Shown one piece after another: positions 30,184-44,126 of a stretch of DNA of 64,000 nt (the stretch's first letter is position 1; each line of letters begins with the position of its first letter). Location: contig OX597824.1 in NCBI GenBank assembly GCA_951406725.2, positions 92,380,001 to 92,444,000 of the forward strand. Reading direction: 5' to 3'. The position numbers and the translations under genes were made by a program. The notes beneath the pieces were generated by a model, which was given only the letters and a program-made list of their open reading frames with translations, did no database searches and was not told the origin of the DNA. This DNA is from Octopus vulgaris. Taxonomy: Eukaryota.

Positions 30184-30326
30184 ACTCTTTTACTCTTTTA
30201 CTTGTTTCAGTCATTTGACTGCGGCCATGCTGGAGCACCGCCTTTAGTCGAGTAACTCGACCCCGGGACTTATTCTTTTTGTAAGCCCAGTACTTATTCT
30301 ATCGGTCTCTTTTTGCCGAACCGCTA
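30184..30326 (-). mobile_element. SINE family D 3' fragment
   Basis: Reverse complement of the tail at 25010-25142. Confidence 0.85.
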
Positions 30327-30515
30327 ATATATATATATATATATATATATATGAATGTATGTATATGCATGTGTGTTGAGTATGTTATATAGGCGTTTGT
30401 ATTTGTATACATGTGCATGCGTGCATTTGCATGCGTGTGATTGAAAGTATGTGTAAGTATTTATTCGTGTGTGTGTGTGTGTGTGTCAGTGAATTTGTAT
30501 GTATGTGATGAGGCG

Positions 30516-30560
<45 letters not shown>

Positions 30561-30960
30561 GTCTGTTTGCGAGTGGGTGATTGTGTCCATTATGATTTGA
30601 ACTCAGAACGTAGCGGCAGACGAAATACGGCTACGCAATTCGCTCGGCGTGCTAACGTGTCTGCCAGCTTGCCGTCATTATATATAGAAAATATTGACAA
30701 GTCTTTCTCTGAGACACTGTTTCACAAACGTGATAAAATTGTACAAACTGTTGTATAATTCAATACAACCATATAACCGTAATGAATATGGCTGTGTGGT
30801 AGGAAGCTTTCTTCCCAACCATATGGTTCCAGGTTCAGTCCCACTGCTCGGCACCTTGGGCAAGTGCCTTCCACAGACTCCGTGGTTGTTTTGCATTTAT
30901 AATGAAATATATATATATATATACAAATTATAAACATGCAAGGGTATCGCACCGAAAGTA

Positions 30961-31016
<56 letters not shown>

Positions 31017-31244
31017 AAAGCTATGTTACTATACACAAAATTTTATATCAGTTTTCTAACATATCGACTTAAATATATTCTTTAACCTTATACCACAAGC
31101 CTTCTGTAGTTTTTCCACTCTATTTTATTTTGTATGCATCCAACCACGTGCTTTCACACACCAACTCTCACCTCCATGTTGATTCGCTAGCCTCTGCACG
31201 CATATTTTTTTTCTCTCCTTCTTTCTGTGTTTTTTCTCTGTGTA

Positions 31245-31282
31245 TCTTTCAGTTGAAGAGCGTAGGCTCGAAACGTTAAAGA
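31245..31282 (+). ncRNA. Degenerate minimal hammerhead in a probable Penelope-like pseudo-LTR fragment
   Basis: TCTTT-CAGTTGA-A-GAGC GTAG GCTC-GAAA-CG-TT-AAAGA. Stems I and II and GAAA are intact; the CTGATGA core has two substitutions. Confidence 0.55.
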
Positions 31283-31418
31283 CTTGTTTTATTTATATTT
31301 CCTGAGCGCCATACTTATACAATTGTTTGTTTGTATTCCACCTGCCTTCGTCTTTGTTTATTTCCGTAAACCTGCCTTCGTCTTTCGTCTATTTCCATAA
31401 AGCTTCCCGTTATATATG

Positions 31419-31452
<34 letters not shown>

Positions 31453-31459
31453 CATATTA

Positions 31460-31541
31460 CAGTACTGTTTCTACTTCGCAGCATTTCACGTATCGCGGGG
31501 GATTTTGGAACGTAACACCCGCGATAGACGAGGGATTGTTG
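31460..31541. mobile_element. Short pogo/Tigger-like relic
   Basis: TA|CAGTA...GGAACGTAACACCCGCGATAGACGAGGGATTGTTG|TA resembles Tigger-type termini. Confidence 0.5.
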
Positions 31542-32023
31542 TAACTCATTTCTGCCAATTGAATGCGCTGGAGCAACGTGAAATAAACTTGCTCAAAGAC
31601 AAAACGCACCACCGCCGGTTATCGAACTCACGGACCTTCTGACCATGAACCGAATGCCATTACTGCTAAGCCTCATTCTGTCACAAACTAAATGCATATC
31701 CCGTGAGTAAGTCTTGTAGTTCTTCATCTCCTTCGCTTTACTCGATAAACACCATGAGTAGACAATTGATCGAATTGATAAATTCACTCTCAAATGTAAC
31801 TGTAACTTTGTGTTAATGTTTTAAGTTCTTCAGAGCGATACTTGCATCATCGGACGTAAAGAGAGGAATGAAATCTTATAAAGTTGCGTCCGTAATGTGA
31901 TTTCGATTTGTATCAGAAGAATTTTATTCAGCTTCTTACTATTGATAATCTCCGTGGGTCAAAGTGAAGATAATAAATTCCAGCAGCTGACTCTCTGGTT
32001 GTATCTTGTATACGAAGAAGCAT

Positions 32024-33115
32024 CCTTTTCTAATCTAGACACAAGGCCCGAAATTCTGGGGAAGGGAGCCACTCGATTAGATAGATTCCAGTACGCAACT
32101 GGTACTTAATTTATCGACCCCGAAAGAATGAGAGGCAAAGTAGACCTCGTCAGAATTTGAACTCAGAAAGTAAAGACAAAGGAGATACCTATTTCTTTAT
32201 CGGCAACAAGGGGCTAAACATTGTATTGCGTCCGTAATGTGATTTCGATTTGTATCTGTGGTTGTATCTTGTATACGAAGAAGCATCCTTTTCTAATCTA
32301 GACACAAGGCCCAAAATTCTGGGGGAGGGAGCCAGTCGATTAGATAGATTCCAGTACGCAACTGGTACTTAATTTATCGACCCCGAAAGAATGAGAGGCA
32401 AAGTAGACCTCGTCAGAATTTGAACTCAGAAAGTAAAGACAAAGGAGATACCTATTTCTTTATCGGCAACAAGGGGCTAAACATAGAGGAGACAAACAAG
32501 AACAGACAAAGGGATTAAGTCAATTACATCTGCAATTAATAACTTAATCTGTGATTAAGTAGCTGGTACTTTATTTATCGAACTCGAAAGGATGAAATGC
32601 AAAGTCGACCTCGGCGGAATTTGAACCCAGAACGTAACGGCAGACGAAATACCTATTTCTTTACTACCCACAAGGGGCTAAACACAGAGAGGACAAACAA
32701 GGACAGACAAACGTATTAAGTCGATTATATCGACACCAGGGCGTAATTGGTACTTATTTAATCGAATCCGAAAGGATGAAAGACAAAGTCGACCTCGGCG
32801 GAGTTTGAACTCAGAACGCAGCGGCAGACGAAATATCGCTAAGCATTTCGCCCGGCGTGCAAAATGTTTTGCCATCTCGCCGCCTTGAATGCGAAGATGC
32901 ATTATTTTCTACTCTGAGCTCAAGGCTTGAAATTTTGAGGGAGGGGGCCAGTCGATTAGATCGACTCCAGTACGCAACTGGTACTTAATTTATCGACCCC
33001 GAAAGGATGAAAGGCAAAGTCAACCTCGGCGGAATTTGAACTCAGAACATAAGGACACACGAAATACAGCTGAGCATTTCGCCTCGCGTGCTAAAAGTTC
33101 TGTCAGTTCACCGCC
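32024..33115 (-). mobile_element. SINE family A cluster: partial duplicate, trimer (32287-32884) and monomer (32903-33115)
   Basis: Five B-box/core modules and two heads. The flank CTTGTATACGAAGAAGCAT recurs at 32005, 32268, 32884 and 33115. Local duplication 31884-32220 / 32226-32481. Confidence 0.88.
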
Positions 33116-33136
33116 TTGTATACGAAGAAGTATTGT

Positions 33137-33459
33137 GAAGGCACACGGCTTGGTATTGAGAGTAGGAGGCTAACAATCGTGAGGTCGTCCGTTCGATTTC
33201 TGGCGGGGATTTGTGTGCTTGCGCAAGACTCTTTATTTCACGTTGATCTAGTTCACTCAGCTGACAAAAATGTGTAGTACCGATATTTGAAAGTGGCCAA
33301 CCTTGTCACACTCTGTGTTACGCTGAATCACCCTGAGAGCTACGTTAAGGGTACGCGAAGCTGTGGAGTACTCAACCACTTGCAAGTTAATTTCACGAGC
33401 AGGCTGTTCCGTTGATCGGTTCGATTGGCACACAAGTCGTCGTAACCGATGGAGGTCCA
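33137..33459 (+). mobile_element. SINE family C
   Basis: tRNA-like head with GTTCGATTTC, core CTTTATTTCACGTTG and the family C tail. Confidence 0.78.
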
Positions 33460-33588
33460 GAGAAGCATTACACACACCTGCACACACGCACACAAACCAC
33501 AGTCACACACACAGATACACATACATATATATTTATATATCGCTATCCTTAATTATTTATCTGTTTAACTGTCTCTCCCACTCTCTTG

Positions 33589-33676
<88 letters not shown>

Positions 33677-34144
33677 GAGGGAGATAGATTGAATATTAAT
33701 TTAATTAATATCAATTTAAAACCAGTAGCCTAGCATATAAAAATCTGAAAAATCAGAGAAAAATCAGAAGAAAAATCAGAGAAAAATCTTTCTCTGATTT
33801 TATATATATATATCATACATTATTTAAAAACGATAACACATTTTCTACTTGAAATCTTCATGTCTCTGAAAAATGTGTGTTGGTGCCAGAAATCCGTCAT
33901 TTTGATTATACTGTATTTAGGGAAAAAAATAATAATTAAAAATATTCTAGAATTATGAACGATAAAATTATGATATAATAATTACAAAACGTAAAAAAGA
34001 TAAAATAATGAGATAGCAGTGATAAATGATAAAGTAACGAAGAGTTTTTAGAATAAAATTTAAAAGATAAAAGAAATACCGTTACGGCATGCAACGGATT
34101 ACTATGTATCTGTGACATGCTATGGGCGTATGAAAAAGAAATAT

Positions 34145-34485
34145 GGAGGCGCAATGGCCTAATGGGTAGGACAGCGCTCTCGCGGTCATAGGATTTGTGG
34201 TTTCGATTCCCAGACCGGGCGTAATTAGTGTTTATTGACCGAAACACCTAAAGTTTCACGAGGCTCAGGCAGCGGGGTGGTGGCGAACCCTGCTGCATTC
34301 TTTCACAATTTCTCTCACTCTTTGTCCCTATTTCTGTTGTACATGCTCTGTGTCACGCTGACAACTGCATTAAGGCTACACGTGTCTGTAGAGTGCTCAG
34401 CCACTTGCACGTTAATTTCACGAGCAGGTTGCTTCCGTTAATCGGATCAACTGGAACCCTCGTCGTCGCAACCGACGGAGTGCCA
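34145..34485 (+). mobile_element. SINE with a distinct head/body and the family C tail
   Basis: Head GGAGGCGCAATGGCCTAATGG...GGTTTCGATTCCC. The 3' ~140 bp matches 33310-33459. Confidence 0.78.
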
Positions 34486-34896
34486 CGAGTACGAAAAAAT
34501 AAAAACAGCGAAGAAGAAATTTCTTGTGGATACCGTATTCGGCTCAATGTTAGTAAGGTTGTGGGTTCGATTCCCTACGGCGTGTTGTGCACTTGAGGAA
34601 GTCACTTTATTTCCGTTGCTCCAGTCCAGTCAGCTGGCAAAAATGTATTTGAAAGGGCCTGTACAAATTAAGGTATGTTACCACAAGTAAGAGCTGACTA
34701 GTAAGAACTGACTGTTTCCGATTACTGATTTCCCGAGCCAGGTGTGATCATGTAGATGATCACCAAATTAAACAAATATTAAATTTACTTAAAGAATTCG
34801 ATGAAATACAGGTAAATGTATATTAGTATAACTGATTCAACTTTATAAGTACTGTATTGTGAAAAGTACTAGTCTATGCAAGATACCATTATACTA

Positions 34897-35461
34897 TTGA
34901 GTTGTCCGGAAAGTTCGTGCCGATGTTTAAAGGAAAGAAAAAGGTCAATAAATACATGCCATTACATTTTTAATCAACCAAATATGAACCATTTTGTTGC
35001 ACAATGCGTCTCCATCTTCCCTTTAACTTTAAAATACCCTCTTCCCAGAATTAAGGCAAAGAATGGCAAAGAATTAATCAAGGTATCTTTTTACGTCATC
35101 CAAGGAATTGAAAGTTTTACCATTAAGTCTATTCTGCAGAGACCTGAATAAGTGGAAATTTGAAGGAGTAATATCTGGTGAATATGGAGTGTGGGGTAAG
35201 ACATCCCAGCCGAGCTGCAGCAATTTTTCTCAGGTTCCCAAAGCATCAAGTGCCGAAAATGAACTTTCTTATCTTCCATTTTAAAGGGTTACAGAATTAA
35301 CACAGGTTATAGGAACATAAACCTTCTTCCACGAAAAGATAGCTTAAACTGTGCTCTAAATGGATGTATAGTCAAATCCTAACTTATGGACTCACTCATG
35401 TTTTAAAATAAGTCGAAAGGTAAGCTACTATCAATCAGCACGAACTTTCCGGACAACCGAA
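34897..35461 (-). mobile_element. Internally deleted mariner (non-autonomous) with both TIRs
   Basis: TA|TTGAGTTGTCCGGAAAGTTCGTGCCGAT...ATCAGCACGAACTTTCCGGACAACCGAA|TA. The minus strand has the N-terminus MEDKKVHFRHLMLWE joined to the C-terminal LGWDVLPHTPYSPDITPSNFHLFRSLQN (YSPDLAP motif). Confidence 0.92.
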
Positions 35462-35774
35462 TAGTTTGGAAACCGCGGGAATTGAAACATGTAGGTCGTA
35501 AATAAATGCGGATTACAAGATGTTACAGATCGTGAGCATCTGGAAAATTGGCTTTGCATCTCTAATCGACGATGCCTGATCTGCTTAATGCGATTACAAT
35601 GGACTAGTGAACAGTCTCTGTATTAATATGATTGTCACTGATTGTGGAGATGCGATTGTTCGTGATGATATCGAATGTCGTTAGCAATTTCGTGAAACAT
35701 ATTTTAAAAAGCCAACGTCTGAACACCCGTGTAGTCAAACCATCTGCTCAACAGAGCAGTCACATCTCACTCGA

Positions 35775-35900
35775 ATCACATAGTTCGAGGTTCAGTCCAA
35801 CTGCGTGGCACCTTGGGCAAGTGTCTTCTAATATAGCATCGGGCCGACCAAAGTCATGTGAGTGGATTTGGTAGACGGAAACTCAAAGAAGCTTGTCATG
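35775..35900 (+). mobile_element. SINE family D 5' fragment
   Basis: GGTTCAGTCCAACTGCGTGGCACCTTGGGCAAGTGTCTTCT...GGATTTGGTAGACGGAAAC. Confidence 0.78.
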
Positions 35901-35921
35901 TATATATATATATATAAATAT

Positions 35922-36307
<386 letters not shown>

Positions 36308-38544
36308 GTGTGTGTGTATGTATGTGTATGCGTGTGTTTGTGTGCACACGCGTGTTTTTGTTTCTTTTTTATCTTAGGTAAATTTAACTCTGATAGTCAA
36401 TGAAAACTTCCATTGCCAATTTTTTCAATCACTTTTCATTTAAGATTACAATATTAACGATGGCATACCCTCCTGAGAATAATTAATGGAACAAGTAATG
36501 GAATCCTTAGAGAGTTGGATGAATCCCTCTTGATATTCATTTTAAGACGCCTAAATCCATTTCTTTCTCTGACGCTCTCTATCTCTGTCTTTTTCCCTCT
36601 GTCTCTCTTTTTTCTAGCTGAATATTTGAGAGTACCAGTAATTAGAGTGAGTCACGCTGATTCGACCTGAGAATTACTTTAAATGGAGACAAATTTGTGG
36701 GTTACGAAGTCGTTTACATGTTGATTTCGCCTGCAGAAATTCATTTGGTCGAATAACCCAATGTTTATTTTCAGGAACGTTGCAGCATACATAAATGTCC
36801 TTAAGATGGGGATGATATTTAGGGACATTTTCTGCTTCTTCTATCTGATCAAACGGTCAAGCACCGACTTCGATTTGGGTACTGCCACGTCTATCCACGT
36901 ACCCCGCCGGGATGGTTAATCAGCGATTCTTTGTATATTGTAAATCGTAGGTTTAACAGGTAAAGATTCACTGTTGCCACATACGGACGTTCCATACGCT
37001 GTTGGGCCTGAGGGTTCAAATGAAGGACTTCACTTGCTCGACGAGTCTGTTCATCGAGAACCGTTTTTTATTTTAGATAATCTATGAAAATATGTTGACC
37101 ATTGATTGTTTGGTACTCAAAAAGTTAAACAAATCTATCTAAATATTGCAGCCGTCCAATGATTTAAACGATTAATACATTAGAGATAAATGTCGCAAAA
37201 CAGTTTTGTCGGATGTGTTAATAATTCTGTCAATCTCTTTGTAATGTTAGTTAAAAAATTACAATATAATAATTACCTTTGTCTTTAGAAATGGAACATC
37301 AAAACTGCCAAATATTTTTCGAAAGAATTAGGGGTGTAAGTGAAACTTTTCAATCTAACTTCAAACACATTATGAAAAAGTCTAGCAAATATATCAATTA
37401 AATGATTGTAAATTTCTGGGAGTATCAAACAGTCCATTTTGTTGCCATGTACTAAATATAGCAAGGTGACTTTGGTCCAGCATCTATGAGTCAGTTTATT
37501 CTCTGTAACTATGCAGCGATAGAGGCAAGCCGGCCGCGTGTGTGTTTGACATAATCGAAAATGGTGTTCATTTAGGGAAGTAATTGGCACATTTCTTCAT
37601 AGAATGCATCCATCTCATACAACCACACACAACTACAAGTAAACTATAGCACACACAAAAAGCATATCAATACTACTCGTGCGCAAGTGTGCATGATTGT
37701 GCACGTGCATGGGACGTGTGTCTCTCTCTGTATATATATATATATATATATGAAGGCAAGTATATAAATATATGGATGCATTTTCGCGCGCACAAATCAT
37801 CTGTGTGTGTGTAAATCAATAGATAGATATATAGATAATTCTATCAAGCCATCCTAGTATCTATCTATAAACACACACACACACACACACACATAAACGC
37901 ACGTTTAACGATGTTTGCAAAGGTTTACATACACACATAATGCGAATCTACATGTATGTATATTTACATACACACTCGCACTCACGCACGCACGCACGTA
38001 CGCACGCACGCATGCGCGCATACTCGTCTTCTGACATCCGTACAAACATGCATACAGAGAGCAAGAACGATGTGTGTCTACTAATTACATGATTTGACCG
38101 CGCAACCTCTATCGACTAAAGATGGCGCCGCTTGTATTTCTAGCAGGAAATAATACGTTACCAATAAAACCTCCCAAACTACAACTACAACAACAACAAC
38201 AACAACAACAACAAGTACAACTAAATGAACAACAAAAACAGTAAAGGGATAACAACAGCAAACTCGTTAAAGATGCAGAGGCAACAAATAAGAGCTGAGA
38301 AAGAAATTTTCTTTTAAGCAATTTATTTTCGACACTTGACCGAAGGAAAGAAACGTCCGTTGATATATTATCCTCGTTGCTAAACGAGAGAGATCTCCAG
38401 AGTTATACGTAAAGCCCTATCCACTGCGTAACCAAGGTTTCAAGTTTCAGCGAAAACCAGTAGTTTAATCATTCATATCCTTTCGTTTTTGCTTCTTTTT
38501 TTTTTTTATTAATCAACTTCACAGAGAGACGGTCAAATATGATG

Positions 38545-38878
38545 TCATAACTTAGAAAATGTCCTTTCTTCTTCGAATTGGTTTTGAGAGTTGGTTTTCT
38601 TCTCTCCTCCAGCTCTGCAGACCTTTTCGACTCGAAATTCGCCGTTCCCTCATGGATGGTGGTTTTCCAGAGTGGTCTGTTTTTTGCCGTTTTCTCCCAG
38701 TTAGTGAAGTCAATGTCATACTTTTTGAGGTTCGATTTCAGGGAGTCCTTGTAGCGTTTCTTCTGGCCTCCTTTTGTACGCTTGCCGTCTTTGAGTTGGG
38801 AGTAGAAGATCTGTTTGGGAAGTCGTTCGTCAGTCATTCTAACTACGTGGCCGCTCCATCTTAGTTGGCCTTTGATGA
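38545..38878 (-). pseudogene. RTE-clade LINE ORF C-terminal fragment
   Basis: QLRWSGHVVRMTDERLPKQIFYSQLKDGKRTKGGQKKRYKDSLKSNLKKYDIDFTNWEKTAKNRPLWK is a typical post-RT region of RTE/BovB-like elements. Confidence 0.88.
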
Positions 38879-39034
38879 CATTATGTACATTATTTACATT
38901 ATTTACATTCGACGGATATTTGTCCTCATCTTGTTGGTTGTTAACACAACGTTTTGGCTGATATACCCTTCAGCCTTCATCAGGCGTCTTGGGGAAATTT
39001 TGAACCTGGGTTCTCATTCCTAAGGTATTTTCGA

Positions 39035-39093
<59 letters not shown>

Positions 39094-39220
39094 TCACTAC
39101 GTCATATGCCCACGGGCATATGGCGTAGTGGTTAGGAGTGCAGGATTCTAACCCCAAGATTCCGAGTTCAATTCCAGGCTCTGACCAGGAGAAGAAGCAG
39201 AAGAAGAATACCTTAGGAAA
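38879..39220. mobile_element. Head-to-head pair of a tRNA-headed element with a hammerhead-like tail
   Basis: Palindrome centre at 39095-39130. The + copy has A-box TGGCGTAGTGG and B-box GTTCAATTCC. Both copies share AATACCTTAGGAA. The - copy carries (AAT)n, a hammerhead-like motif and a (TGTAAATAA)n tail. Confidence 0.72.
38943..38988 (-). ncRNA. Minimal hammerhead-like motif (GAAA mutated to AAAA)
   Basis: GACGC-CTGATGA-A-GGCTG AAGGGTATAT CAGCC-AAAA-CG-TT-GTGTT. Confidence 0.6.
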
Positions 39221-39872
39221 ATCCTCTCTTTTTTTCCCGTCCAATAAATATTATATATAAAATTTACCCGTCCCGCTCTGACGATTTGACATTACATCTG
39301 GATTATATGATTTTGTATACCTATTAACCTAATGTTAACGAAATATACGTAAGACGGTATAACTAAATATCGTATAAACAATTTCAGCCGTTTCTTTCCA
39401 TTCTCCCTATGCTCTCTTAGTAACAATGAAACCCAGAAATCATAACAAAGGTTATAGTTACAAACTACCAGTGTAGAGTATTAAGTATGAAAGGTAGATT
39501 CCTTCTCTTTTTTTTTTTTGATTTTATTATATTTTTTGTTTTCTTGTTCAGATTTTTAATACAGAATATTGTTGAAATAACCTGCGGTCAAATAACGTGG
39601 CCAAAATAACCAACTGCCAACTCCTACACAATGTTTTATTCACCTGCCAACAGCAGAAAATGCTATTTTTTTGTCTGCCCAATAAGGATTTCGTTGTGTT
39701 TATTAACGTCATGCTTTGAGTTCTTGTAATGTATTTACTTAATTCTGCTCCCTGTCTTTCCCGCCTCTCTCTCTCTCTCTCTCTGCCTTTCTTCGTATAT
39801 GTTTATATGTACATGCGCGTGTGTGTGTGTGAGTGTCTAAGCTTGTAGTGGATATTATCAAATTTGTAATCT

Positions 39873-39874
<2 letters not shown>

Positions 39875-39956
<82 letters not shown>

Positions 39957-39960
39957 TTAT

Positions 39961-39996
<36 letters not shown>

Positions 39997-40062
39997 AGAT
40001 CTATCTATTTCTCTATCTATGTAGTTAGCTAGCCATCTATCTATTTATCTATCTATCTATCT
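39875..40062. repeat. (TATC)n tetranucleotide microsatellite
   Basis: Direct reading. Another copy lies at ~49300-49433. Confidence 0.95.
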
Positions 40063-40066
40063 CTAT

Positions 40067-40186
<120 letters not shown>

Positions 40187-40937
40187 ATATATATATATGT
40201 ATCTATATCCCATATCATATCAGAGATATAAAACGAATGAAAAGGAGAGAAGAGGGAAAGAAAGAGAAGAGAAAATGAGAGAGAAGGAAAGAGAGAGAGT
40301 GGCCATGTAAGTATAACATAGGTGCTCGTCGTTCGAGTTACATTCACACAACCAAATCGTTACATAATATTCATTAAAATAAAGGATTAAGAAAGACGGA
40401 ATACCAAATCTTATGTTCTCTAATACTGTCCCGACACCAGACACACTATTTTAACTAACCACGGCGCATCTTTTGATGGCGAAATAAAAATGAAAAAAAA
40501 TCCCTCTCATCATCCGCAAAACATTGTTTTTTCCCATTGAAAATTCAGAGACGATAATTTGAATTAAATCCGATGTTATCTTTTTCTGTGACTTTGTAAT
40601 TCTAAGTTTCTGTTAAAATAGATTCAGAAGTTAATACAACTTCCTTACCTTACAGATGTTTCAGGTATACGAAGCAGTGAACACGAGTTACGTGCTGGTG
40701 CAATATCCTATAGCTTCATCGGAACCATTGACCAAACACTCAATATGGTATGACGTTAGGAATATGTTAGGTGTATTCATGCGTAGGGGGCCCTCCTTTT
40801 AAATGTGTTCTGTATATCGTTAATTAAAGAAAATTACACAGTGAACAATATGCACTTCATAGTCAACGGGTGCGAAAACACAGTTCAAATATGTAACATA
40901 TCGCGTGATATAAAGCACTGCTGTAAACTTGCTCACT

Positions 40938-41265
40938 CATTTCTCAGATGTATGTAATGTTCGTTCTGTAATGTTGCGTGGTGTACGGTAAAGCCAGTGT
41001 AATGATCTGGTATGTGATATGGAACGATCGCTAGTTAAAAAAATTTGGAAGAGACTATATCAACAAACAGCTCAATAGCGGAACATTTAGAGCAAATGGC
41101 TGTCCATTTTTCAGATATATGTAATGTTCTCTCTGTAATGTTGTATGACGCATGATATAACGGTGTAATGATCTTATTTGCGGTATGGTAGACTCGCTAG
41201 TTTAAAAATATGGAAGAGATAATATTCCGCAGCAAATCGCAACATGGCAGAACATTTCGAGCAAT
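40938..41265. repeat. Diverged tandem duplication, ~167-bp period
   Basis: CATTT.TCAGAT.TATGTAATGTTC..TCTGTAATGTTG...TCGCTAGTT.AAAA..TGGAAGAGA...GAACATTT.GAGCAA starts at 40938 and again at 41105. Confidence 0.85.
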
Positions 41266-41649
41266 ATCATTTAGCAAAGATAATTGTAATTACGGATATC
41301 AAATTTTAATAAGCAAAGCTCCTGATCTTTATTTCGAAAAGCTATCCACCCATGGGAACTTCCATAGAGAGTTGGTTCTAGAATATGACAAACGCATCTA
41401 ATTGATATTTTCCTGCGGCCTCCACCCCAGAGATCTCACAGAAAAGCTTTATAAAGATTGTATGCCATTCACACACGCATACATATATGTATACACACAC
41501 ACGCACACACTCACACACACACACACTCACACACACACACATATATATTTACACGCATGAGCATACACACGCATACACTCAAACAAACACACAAGCAGAA
41601 TGTTATTCAACATACTTTCACATATAAACGCATATTTCATCAATCGTTT

Positions 41650-42375
41650 ACCGTTTCAGTCATTTGTCTGCGGCCATGCTGGGTATTTGGTCGAATGAAA
41701 CGACCCTAGTCTTTATTTTGTTAAGAGTTTCGGGCTCATGTTTTCGGGCTCTTTGGCCAGACTGCTAAGTTACGGGGATGGAGACCAACTTCTCCAGCTG
41801 TCAAGAGGTGGAGCGGCACAAACACAAAGCGAAACAGATTCACACACAAACACACATTGATACACACACACATACGCACACACAAAGCCAAGCAGCCACA
41901 CACTTACATACACACAAAACCAGACACACACACACACAAACCCAAACACATACAACCACTCACATACATATACACACGCACACACACACACACAAAGCCA
42001 AGCAGAAGCACACTTACATACACACAAAACCAGTCAGACAAACACACACACACACAGAGCCAAACGGACACAAGCACTCTCATACACATACACACTCACA
42101 CACACACTTTCACAAACACACAGAACCAAACAGACACAAACACACACTCACATACACGCAAAGCAGACAGACACACATTCACACACACAGACACACAGAC
42201 ACAAGGCCAAGCAGACACGCACACACATACACAGACACTCACACAAACACACATATGCTTACGTCTACCGAATCTACTCACAGGACTTTGGCCGACCCTA
42301 GGTTATAGTAGAAGTCACCTACCGAAGGTGACACGGAGTGGGATCGAACCTATAATTCTGTATTAGGGAAGCATT
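41650..42375 (-). mobile_element. SINE family D with an expanded internal CA-rich minisatellite
   Basis: Tail at 41650-41800 and head at 42260-42375, separated by ~430 bp of CACA-rich repeats. Confidence 0.72.
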
Positions 42376-44069
42376 ATTTTATTTCTACCGCCAGGAATGT
42401 GATCAATGCTTCTTTTATCTTCTGAAATGTCCCTCAAAGAATCTTAATCTCTCGCCCGGTGCATTGAGCTTAAAAGGTTGCCTTGCCCTTGAAACCACGC
42501 TAAATGAAGACAAAATAATCACTGGTCCCCAGCGTTCCCTGGTTTATTGGATAAGCTCCCTTGTTTGGTTAGCAAGTTTGTTGCTGTCAAATAGTTAATT
42601 ACTTGCGTAGTTTATAGCAAAGACAGAGGAAGAAAAAGAAACTCCATTAATTAGTGAATTGATTGCAGTTAATTATTTACGTTTCAGAGGAAGTTTTCAA
42701 TTAGCTACTAAGCTAATTGATTACATTCTTAGTTAGTTAATGTATTTATTTATTTTGTTGCTGAGCGGGCGTGTCATTCCTCGACTTAAGCCTACTTGCT
42801 AAGAAGGTGTTTGCTACCTGGTTGTTTGACCTGCAACGAGGAGCAGCTAAATCCTCCTCAGATCTCATCTTCCAGTCATAAATAAAGAAATTTATCTGTT
42901 TACTGGAAGTCTTAGGTAGACTTTGCCTGAAAATAAGACAAAAGGTAAGTACTTGAAAACTCAGATTAAGTGGGGTGTTTTTTATTGGGTTACATAGAAA
43001 CGGCAATATTTTGTTGTAAAACTCATTAGCGGTGAATATAACTTTTAATTTTAGCATGTGGTTTAGTAAGATTTAGCAAATATGTTACCAATGGAAACCT
43101 AACCGCAATCAAACCACCAAACCGTTTTTTAACCACGGCTCACCACAGATCAAATCACGCTATTCAGCATGTGATATTTCAAGATCTCAGAATATCACTT
43201 GAGGGAGAATTGGTGATTATTTCTACTGACTACCACAGAGCTTATGTGGTTTCTACCTTTATATAATAATGTAATGAAATGTTGAATTTCAATTGTTGCA
43301 AATTAGAAGAGGCGGGACAGGCAATCTAATGAGATGCTGGTCTGAAATTAATGTGGGAAGATTGGCTAAATTATATTTCGTTTAAAGAACGTAGGAGGTA
43401 AGACGGAATGGTTTAATCTTAAGTTTGAGGTATGGTTTGGAAGGGGACAGGTTAGAGAGGGTGGAAGAGAATGCCTTCTGAGCGGGTAGCATAATGACAG
43501 AACTTTCAGAAGAACCGAATTTAATAATGCTGATTATACTTACGGATATCTTCGAAACCAGGTATTTACAAGTTCCGATGACATCCATTCTGATTAGAGA
43601 CGGAAAACTAGAGAAGAAGAATGATTTTAGCATTACAATGGGAAACAGATAGAGAAGGGTGGGTGGGTGGTTTCTTCGATTGTCGTTCATTGTTTGAAAT
43701 TTCAATTAAGGCTGTTAGTTTTCCTATCGGGCATATAACACGTGATTGGAGATTCATAAACAGCGAATCATTTACTGCGTTGCAATAATACTTTAAAAAG
43801 GGGAGGGCTTTTAGTTTTAATTTTTCTGCGCAGTCGCAACCTTTCCCCGCTTCTCCCAAGAAACAGCCAATCGCTAGGTTAATCTTTTGAGTTTATATAA
43901 ATATATTGAGTGATATTTACATAAAATGACGCATGGAAGAATAGGAGAATGAGAAACCGAGGGAAGTTGGTGAGGGCTCGGCGGGACAATGGTTATTCTT
44001 ATAGAAGAAATTGGGAGCAGGAAGAGCCAAAGAAAAACGGTGGTTGCAGAAAGTCCATGTGCGTGCGTG

Positions 44070-44126
<57 letters not shown>

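Noticed and set aside
32005-33133. CRISPR-like repeat-spacer array
   Set aside because: The repeats are target-site duplications and the spacers are SINEs. The context is eukaryotic with no cas genes.
40938-41265. Duplicated exons (each unit begins TTTxTCAG)
   Set aside because: All three frames of the first unit stop within about 50 nt, so it is kept only as a tandem duplication.
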